Positions 55,220 to 64,000 of a stretch of 64,000 bases of DNA are shown here, piece after piece. The notes under the pieces are model-generated. The model saw nothing but the letters and a program-made list of their open reading frames with translations, did no database searches and was not told the DNA's origin. Origin of the DNA: Octopus sinensis (taxonomy: Eukaryota); the NCBI RefSeq assembly GCF_006345805.1, contig NC_043005.1, positions 9,424,001 to 9,488,000 on the forward strand, written 5' to 3'. Made by a program: the position numbers and the translations under genes. Numbering within the stretch: the first letter of the stretch is position 1; every line of letters starts with the position of its first letter.

Positions 55220-55568
55220 TGTATGTATGTATGTATGTATGTATGTATGTATGTATGTATAGACTTCCATGGAGCCTTTACGAGATGGCTGGATGCTATA
55301 AGTGCATTGAAGTCAGAGCGTCGTTTGAAATTAATAAATATTTCCCTTGAAAAAAAACCCTTAAAACTTATGGAATGTACTTTGAATTCATATATATAAT
55401 ATATAATTCAAATCATGTGAATCTGCGTGGAACTGTTATAGTAAATATAAGAAACTCTTACCAAATATGTTAATTGAAGCTTTCGTGTGATCACTTACTC
55501 GTATACGTTTATATACACACACAACGGTTTTATGAAATTATTTTAGCATTTTCTATCTGGACTTTTTT

Positions 55569-55609
<41 letters not shown>

Positions 55610-55610
<1 letters not shown>

Positions 55611-55827
55611 TCTTTTACTCTTTTACTTGTTTCAGTCATTTGACTGCGGCCATGCTGGAGCACCGCCTTTAATCGAGCAACTCGACCCCGGGACTTATTC
55701 TTTTGTAAGCCCAGTACTATTCTATCGGTCTCTTTTGCCGAACCGCTAAGTAACGGGGACATGAACACACCAGCATCGGTTGTCAAGCAATGCTAGGGGG
55801 ACAAACACAGACACACAAACACACACA

Positions 55828-55894
<67 letters not shown>

Positions 55895-56064
55895 CATATA
55901 TACGACAGGCTTCTTTCAGTTTCCGTCTACCAAATCCACTCACAAGGCTTTGGTCGGCCCGAGGCTATAATAGAAGACACCTGCCCAAGGTGTCACGCAG
56001 TGGGACTGAGCCGGAACCATGTGGTTGGTAAACAAGCTACTTACCACACAGACACTCCTGCGCC
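55610..56064 (-). mobile_element. SINE family A, full length
   Basis: Matches 345-758. Confidence 0.9.
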
Positions 56065-56129
56065 TATATATATATATATATATATACGTCTCTCTCTCTC
56101 TTTCTCTTCATGCACACACTATTATATAT

Positions 56130-56176
<47 letters not shown>

Positions 56177-56448
56177 GCTGTTAAATTTGTTATAGTTTCC
56201 ATTTCTATTCCTCCTAAATCTTTCTCTTCATTCAGATTGATATATAGCATATCACGAAGCTTTTCATCCTCTCGTATTTCTTCCACTGTTATATTATTTT
56301 TATTTCGCAGGTTCGTATTGATTCGTCTCATTTTCTACATCTTTTCTATCACGTATCTATTCTAATTTCAAACACTTTTTCTTATTCATACCTCATCTTT
56401 ATTCATTTGTTTTAAACATACACATACAGAGACTCAAACACAGATAAA

Positions 56449-56508
<60 letters not shown>

Positions 56509-56734
56509 AAAATTTATAAGTTTAAGTTATTTAAATAATTTTTTAATTTTTAACTTTTATATTTTAAATTAATTTTATGTATTGGCTTATGTTTTTCACT
56601 GTTTGATTTGCCTAATAGTGGCTTTATCTCTAATTTAATATAATATAATATAATATATTTATACTATAAAATTGGATTTAATCCTAAATCTAATTTTTCC
56701 CTGTAAGTTTGGATTTATTCCCTAATATTATTAT

Positions 56735-56769
<35 letters not shown>

Positions 56770-56770
<1 letters not shown>

Positions 56771-56975
56771 AGAGATAGAGATAGAGTATTCGCAAAGAAT
56801 AACAAAAGACGAAGACGGGAGGTGTAGACAACAAACAGATCTATTAGTATAACGCTCGGGAAGTGAAAAAGCCTTTAACGTTTCGAGCCTATGCTCTTCC
56901 ACAGAAAGGAACACAGAAAGAGACAAGGAGAGAAAATAAAGAATGTATAGTGGCTAGCGATCTATCATGGCGAAT
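56770..56975 (-). mobile_element. Small PLE-type repeat with hammerhead-like motif (HH-B)
   Basis: Motif at 56873-56908, minus strand: CTTT-CTGTGGA-A-GAGC-ATAG-GCTC-GAAA-CG-TT-AAAG. Confidence 0.65.
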
Positions 56976-58255
56976 GCCGGGCTGAGGGTCACACAGGAAA
57001 GCTAGGGAGAAGGGGAGATAATAAAGTAGTGGTGATCCCAAAACGAAGGTGTGCGTACGTGTGTATAAGAGAGTTTCTATGTGAGCGTGGAAGAGGTCTG
57101 GTGATCTTGACGTATGCGTGTGTGTGTTTGTAGGTGTGAAAATGTGGGTCTGTGAAGCGGTCAGTGCTGCCCTATCTCTCTCTCACACACTCTCACTCTC
57201 TTTCTCTATATGTACACACACACGTATATTTACACAAATTTGTGTCTATGTATGAGCATGTGCATATGCATACGCCAGAAATAAGAGATTTCCATCAAGA
57301 CTATTGGACACACCAACGTAATCTTTAGTGTAAGCACAGGAATGGCATAACCAAGTATGACTCACAAGGTATATAGTTTCGACATGGTTTCTTCTTTTGC
57401 CTGGGCATCCGCTAGAGTGTGACACAGGGCAGATATGACTTTGTTTTTACCAAAAGTGACAAATTTTTCGCTGCGGTAACTGAGTGAATTCGCCTTTAGA
57501 AGCTGACATTTGTCACAAACATATTGTAGCTAACCTAAAGTTCCCTTATACCTAGACATTGCTTTGCGGTTTATACTGCGGAGTTTTTTTCTGACATGCC
57601 ATTCAATTAATGCAACTCAGTCAATGTTGCTGGTCGCATTTTAGCTAAAGCTGTAGCTTTAAATCTGTTCATAGTTACCTATTTCCTATTAAATACGGAT
57701 AAAGAGCTAGAAATGCAGCGTCTGGGAATCCCATAGAGGGCAACACTTAGCAGATATTGTAACTAACCCAAAGTTCGCTAATGCTTAAAGACTGCTTGGA
57801 GCTGATACTACCGAATATATGTTTGTGTGTGTGTGTTTGTGTTTATGTGTATGTATTATGTAAGTATGCATGTAAGTATGAATGTCTCCCGCTATTTTTG
57901 TTCCGAATCATTGCGTTCACAGTTAAAATTTTGTGAGGTCTTACCTGCACGGTGAAAAATAACCCGTCACTGTTTATTTTTTTGTGTGAGCTTGAATGGA
58001 ATTCATTCAGGCGAATTCCCTTCAGCCAGGTTTGAGGATATCTTTTCCATTCTCTCTCACTAATCTCAGAGCTATTTAAAGTGGTGAAAAGAATACAAAT
58101 TAGTAAAAAATAAAAATTAAAATCAGAGCATACGGGAAAGAGATATGAAATCGATATAAAATAGTAATATCTTACACAAAGTAATAAAGACTAAATATTA
58201 TTTTATTCTTGTTAGACTCACACAGTATACACTTTCGACATGGTTTCTTCTTTTG

Positions 58256-58464
58256 GCTATGCTGGAGCACCGCCCTTTGTCGAGAAAATCGACCCCAGGA
58301 CTTATTCTTTGTAAGCCTAGTATTTATTCCATCGGTCTCTATTGCCGAACCGCTAAAGTTACGGGAACGTAAATAGAATAGCATAGTTTGTCAAGCGGTG
58401 TTTGTCAAGCGGTGGGAGGGGGATACAAACAAACACATACATACATATACACACACACACACAC

Positions 58465-58523
<59 letters not shown>

Positions 58524-58683
58524 TGTGTGTTTGTGTGTGTATGTCTTCTTTCAGTTTCTGTCTACCAAACCCACTCACAAGGCTATACCAGAAGATACTT
58601 GCTGAAGGTGCCACGCAGTGGGACTGAACCCAGAACCATGTGGTTGGTAAGCAAGCTACTTACAACACAGCCACTCCTGCGGC
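58256..58683 (-). mobile_element. SINE family A
   Basis: Family A body with a (TG)n centre; the 3' tail is missing. Confidence 0.85.
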
Positions 58684-59680
58684 TATAGACACACACACAC
58701 ACAAGCACAAATGCAATACATATAGTGATACTCCTCCTCTTCCTCCACCTCCTCCTCCTCCTACTACTACTACTACTACTCATGATATTATTTTGTTCTT
58801 ATTTTTTGTTCAGTTTTTTACTAAGAAATATGTGAAAGGATTCAGCAGACACCAAAGTTTCAGCTTCACTAATCTCAGTAGATTAAATGTTAGAAGCTAA
58901 AAATATTGGTTGTTGCTTTTGAGATATTACAAAAAAAAAAAGGAAAAAAAAACGATATATTCTTCAGCTGTACAGCTTTCCACATATTTTAAGAAAACTA
59001 ATAATATTCAATACGGTATGTATTTAAAATTCTGCAATTTGTCGAATTAACAGCGTTCCAATTCCAATATACATTTTATAATTTTATCTAATTTTTACCA
59101 TTATATTTTCCATGTTTACTGAGTGTTACTCCCTTTCTATCCGTCTTTAATTTACTTTATTCAGCAGTATACAATTTTATGTACCCCGAAACACAAACAC
59201 ATGCTATATGGTTGTATATGTACATGTATATATAAACAGATACATACGCATATGTGTGTGTGTGTTTGTGTCTGTGTCTGTGCGCGTGTCTAATGGGTAG
59301 TTGGCAGCTGTTTATGGTTAGGATGTGAGTTCTACGATTTTATTTTCCCGATACGTATAGCGTTTCTGTTTCCTTGGTGATGAAAGAGTAGAGTAGATCA
59401 CCACATGGAAAGGAACTTTTGAGATCTCTTTTCAAAGAATTAGGATGTGCTTGTTGTGTAGTGTCTAAAGAGTTTGCGAGGAGATGGTGAACAGATATAC
59501 AATGGAAAAGGAAAACTGAATGAGATGGTTACCTCAGGCTGTAGGAAGCAAAGTGAATACCCAACCATGGACAATGAAAATCATTTAACAATTAACGTAC
59601 TGAATACTCTCTCTTTCTCTCTCTCTCTCTCCGTATATATATATATATATATATATATAAAGTAATGGTTTATGGAATTA

Positions 59681-59827
59681 CCCTGGGTTTCTCGCTCATA
59701 AGGGGTTTTCCCTTATGGCGTATCTTCACACCCCAAAGACCTCTTAAAAATATGGAGGGGTCTTAGGCCAGCAGTGTTTGGGGTCTGAAGATACGCCATA
59801 AGGCCAAACCTCTTATGAACCCCAGGG
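59681..59827. mobile_element. MITE with ~55-bp TIRs, TA TSD
   Basis: TA|CCCTGGG...CCTTATGGCGTATCTTCA...TGAAGATACGCCATAAGG...CCCAGGG|TA. Confidence 0.8.
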
Positions 59828-59914
59828 TAAACCCACAAACCAGCCTACCGAATTATAATATCAGCAGCTTTGCATCTTAGAGTCTGCTTCTCCGGATTTA
59901 TGTATTTCTACACA

Positions 59915-59976
<62 letters not shown>

Positions 59977-60244
59977 ATGTAGTTTTATTAGTAATAAAAT
60001 ACACCAACCATGCCAAGTTACATTCAACTACAGCAATATTAATACAAGATAAAGAGAAAATATTTAAAGGCACCCCTATACCGAAAATAAAATGAATCTT
60101 TTCAGGAAACTTATCATATATTCTCATTCTTTTCGTAAGTATGATCATATACTTAACAAATCTGCGGCACAAAACCAGCAATGACAAGAGAAGTTATGGT
60201 CAGACTATAAACCATGACCTCTGAATGAATGGTTTATAAATATT

Positions 60245-60380
60245 AGTCTTAAATTTTGGCACAAGGCCAGCAATTTCAGGGAGGAGGGGCTAAATCGTGT
60301 ACAACGAACCCAGTACTCAGTTCGTTTATATTTTATCGAAAGGATGAAAAGCAAAATCGACCTCGGCGGAATTTGAATGT
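60245..60380 (-). mobile_element. SINE family C, fragment
   Basis: TTTATCGAAAGGATGAAAAGCAAAATCGACCTCGGCGGAATTTGAA. Confidence 0.7.
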
Positions 60381-60770
60381 GCTAATATTTAATTGGGGAC
60401 AACCACTGAAGAATTATACATAAAAAAAGATAAGATATAAAAATGAGTGCGAAATGAGAAAAAAGTGTATCGATGATGCTGAAGGAAGAGGCAATATTGC
60501 TAGAACCGGGAACATTATATGAGACAGAAATATCTAAATCAATAAATTAGGTCAGAACATTTCTCACAAAACTTAGCGAGTAAATGAGAATATAATTTAT
60601 AGTCACATTTATACTTAAATCTGAACTCAATGAAGCGAATGTCAACGCTACAATTGCAGGCTGGTTATGAAAGCCCTAGCCACATCTCATTTATAGATAA
60701 GATATTTAAGAGAATCAATAGATTATGTAAATTTAAGAACTTTTTCAGAGTAAAATAACGAAAAATAATA

Positions 60771-61190
60771 GGCGTAGGAGTGGCTGTGTGGTAAGTAGCT
60801 TGCTAACCAACCACATGGTTCCGGGTTCAGTCCCACTGCGTGGCATCTTGGGGAAGTGTCTTCTACTATAGCCCCGGGCAGACCAATGCCTTGTGAGTGG
60901 ATTTGGTAGACGGAAACTGAAAGAAGCCTGTCATATATATGTATATATATATATGTATGTGTGTGTGTCTGTGTGTCCGTGTTTTTGCCCCTAGCATTGC
61001 TTGACAACCGATGCTGGTGTGTTTACGTCTCCGTCACTTAGCGGTTCGGCAAAAGAGACCGATAGAATAAGTACTGGGCTTACAAAGAATAAGTCCCGGG
61101 GTCGATTTGCTCGACTAAAGGCGGTGCTCCAGCATGGCCGCAGTCAAATGACTGAAACAATTAAAAAAGAGTAAAGAAAAAGAGTAAGAG
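60771..61190 (+). mobile_element. SINE family A, full length
   Basis: GGCGTAGGAGTGGCTGTGTGG head, intact body. Confidence 0.92.
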
Positions 61191-61339
61191 AAGCGACTAT
61201 CATTGTTGCAAAACCAGTACCCTACTATTTAAATGGTTGTCAACTGCTGAGGGGCCCAATTTGTTCATAGTTCCTGGTACCCAAATTTTTGCGACGATCC
61301 TCTATAATACATTGTGACACGTAGCAGTTATACAGCAAA

Positions 61340-61500
61340 TTCACAGACTGACTCGACTCTCCACTGCCTCCTCAATCGTTAGTGTTGTTTACCACCCGTG
61401 TACCTTGCTCTTTTCTGTGGTGTCTTCCCCGAAAATAAGCTACTGTTTCTGGATGTCGTCTTGCATGAACCCCTCCATTTTCAAGAGTTCAATGACGATG
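61340..61500 (-). pseudogene. Possible mariner N-terminal HTH relic
   Basis: IVIELLKMEG...DIQKQ*LIFGEDTTEKSKVHGW loosely resembles VIxFLxxEG...IHxRLxxVYGExxxxxSTVxRW. Confidence 0.35.
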
Positions 61501-61617
61501 TTGCTTTAGCTTGGAACCTATTCTGCATCCAAAATATAGAAGAGGTAGTTTTCAAACGTGCGAAACTGGAATGAACTATGGTAATTAATATAAACATTAT
61601 GCACCAAATTTTGCATT

Positions 61618-61778
61618 GGCGTAGGAGTGGCTGTGTGGCAAATAGCTTGCTTACCAGCCACATGGTTCCCGGTTCAACCCTACTGCGTGACATCTTCGGC
61701 AAGTGTCTTCTACTATAGCCTCGGACCCGACCAAAGCCTTGTAAGCGGATTTGGTAGGCGGAAACTGAAAGAAGACCG

Positions 61779-61812
<34 letters not shown>

Positions 61813-61965
61813 GATGCTGGTGTGTTTACGTCCCCGTCACTTAGCGGTTCGGCAAGAGAGTCCGATAGAATAAGTACTAGGCTTACAAAGAATATGTCCT
61901 GGGTCGATTTGCTCCAGCATGGCAACAGTCAAATGACTGAAGCAAATAAAGGAACAAAAGAATAA
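61618..61965 (+). mobile_element. SINE family A with internal deletions
   Basis: Head intact; the (TG)n block and following segment are deleted. Confidence 0.88.
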
Positions 61966-62073
61966 AATCGGGACAGTCTTCGTATGATATTCAAGGTTAA
62001 AGCGAAAATGCCTTCATGATTTAACGGTTACTCGAAAGGAGGTAGGAAGTCAGTAACATACAATGAGATGAAA

Positions 62074-62474
62074 GCTTTATATATAAAAGTGAGGTTGTGA
62101 GCTGTCTGTCTCCCCTACGATTTAGATTCCTAACTACTCCCACATTTTGCGGTGCAAAACCGGGTATCTTATAGTCGTGATTCATATCGAGCCCTTCTGG
62201 GTATTAGCGCGCGTCTACGATGAGTCTACGATGAGTCTACGATTTAAAAAAAAATTACCATACTTTTTTTCCATTTTAATGCATTTTTTTCGCTATTATA
62301 TAAGGGAAGTAACTCTCTAAAAATGTCTACGATGAGTCAACGATTTAAAAAAAAATTACCATCATTTTTTTCCATTTTTAATGCTTTTTTGCTATTTTTT
62401 GGCTATAACTCTCTAAAAATGCTTATATAGTTATTTCCCTTACAAACCCGAGCAACGCCGGGCGATACTGCTAA
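62074..62474 (+). mobile_element. Non-autonomous Helitron
   Basis: 11363 family with both termini singly mutated (GC..., CTAA|T). Confidence 0.88.
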
Positions 62475-63436
62475 TGAAATATAAAAGATGAGACGCATGA
62501 TATGAAAACAAAATTGTACTAGATATGATAAACAAAATAAATCGGAACAAAGACATACGCAGAAAATATGGATTCAGAACGTTACAGTAAACATGATAAC
62601 ACTGTTGGGCACAGATGTCAGCTGACTAAAATGCGCTTACGTCATTAACACTATAAAAAGTAATTTTCCCTTCACTGTAATCATACCCTATTCAATAAAT
62701 TCAATAACGATCTCATGAAATAACAAACTTCACCAGACATTTGTTTCGAAAGAATTCGTGAGTAAACAAATTAAGGCGACACATGTTTTACACAAAAAAA
62801 TGAAATAACAAAACATTATATAATATAAAAAGTTGGCACAATGAACTGTCCAAAGAGTTGCAATCTATGCAGCATGCATTCTGTGTAATCACAACTTGTC
62901 CTAAATCGCATGGTACTTAACAAACAGCGCATATCAGGTACAAATACAACCCATCCCTACCAAAGAAAAAAACAAAAACAACACTCACATTGTATATACT
63001 CCTCCCAACAGATAAAACAATAAAAAAATACAGAAGAAAACACACCAAATACTATAGCAACGCAAAACTGTTGTAAGATAGCAAGAACTATTCTAGATTA
63101 ACAAAACTAATGCAGGATCCTAGACTTGCATCTGTTATATATTAGGAACTATCACAGAGATGTTGGAACATAACGATGAAAACAGTATTTAAGCAACATT
63201 TCGAAATCTAACTAGAACCAATATATCATCCGTATATTCCAAATGACATTTCATAAGCTTGTTTTACCTGGGGTTATCTCAAATTTCTTCTACACTAAAA
63301 ACCAGTTGATTTGTATATTAAATTTACAGAACATACAACACATTAAAATTGAATATCATAGATATAAATGTACTTAAATTTTTTGCCTTTGACTCCAAAT
63401 TGGTTTAGTGAGGAGATTGGAATAAATTATGATATA

Positions 63437-63760
63437 CTAGCACTATGACCCGGCGTTGCCGGGTCATAGTGCTAGTGCATGCATATACAGCTGCGTGCGT
63501 GCGCACATACACACGAGTACTGTCCAAATCTCCGACCAATCACATACAGCTACCTGGCATTCAATTGGCGTATCCAGTTTCGGGCATTTTGATTGATTTT
63601 TTAATGGCTTTCCGGGGTGACTGGTGAAATGTAAATATGTGCACAACCACCCTTGGACGGTTTTGAATGACAATAGAAAGTGTGAGCCCCGTAACTGAAA
63701 AATTGTGGATTTGTATAAAGGACACACACGCAGACATTTTGCCGTTTATATATATAGAGA
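63437..63760 (-). mobile_element. Non-autonomous Helitron, third subfamily
   Basis: Minus strand A|TCTCTATATATATAAACGGC...CCCGGCAACGCCGGGTCATAGTGCTAG|T. Confidence 0.8.
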
Positions 63761-64000
63761 TGATATATGAAATTGAATGAAATATTCCACCGTCTAAATT
63801 TCCCAGCACTAATCTCAAACACACGAAGGGGATGTGACTCGATATATAAATAAATATATGATACAAATTTAGGAGAATTGTGAAAAAAAGGCTGTTTTTA
63901 TCAGTAGAGTGAGGGGTTCTCTGTGTTAATGAAAATCAGATTGCTAGTTTAGTTCGTCAATTATTTAACAAGGGTTAACACTATTTGCATGAAAAAATAG

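Noticed and set aside
59376-59520. C/D box snoRNA (GTGATGA...CTGA)
   Set aside because: No terminal stem or internal C'/D' boxes; such short motifs are expected by chance.

Overview
AT-rich, microsatellite-saturated eukaryotic DNA. The repeat families and (TA)n/(CA)n/(TAA)n density point to an Octopus genome (inferred from memory of these repeats, not searched). I find no intact protein-coding gene that I can support, and nearly all ORFs in the track are microsatellite or SINE read-throughs. The window is a mobile-element landscape: five tRNA-derived SINE families (labelled A-E here), six non-autonomous Helitrons (TC...hairpin-CTAG at A^T sites), two decayed R4/Dong-type non-LTR elements beside TAA tracts, Penelope-like (PLE) relics, mariner/Tc1 fragments, a CR1-like LINE tail and two TA-flanked foldback MITEs. 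The most interesting signals are: (i) a set of minimal hammerhead-ribozyme-like motifs in small PLE-type repeats, with one canonical core at 21331-21417 (-) and several copies showing covarying stems but recurrent non-canonical cores; (ii) a 1.66-kb gag/ORF1-only element sitting inside a SINE head between 8-bp direct repeats; (iii) a SINE whose 185-bp 3' module is tandemly iterated, with the same junction at two loci, one of them bounded by a TSD; (iv) a SINE flanked by a 246-bp direct duplication. All assignments are by eye; no alignment, folding or database search was run.
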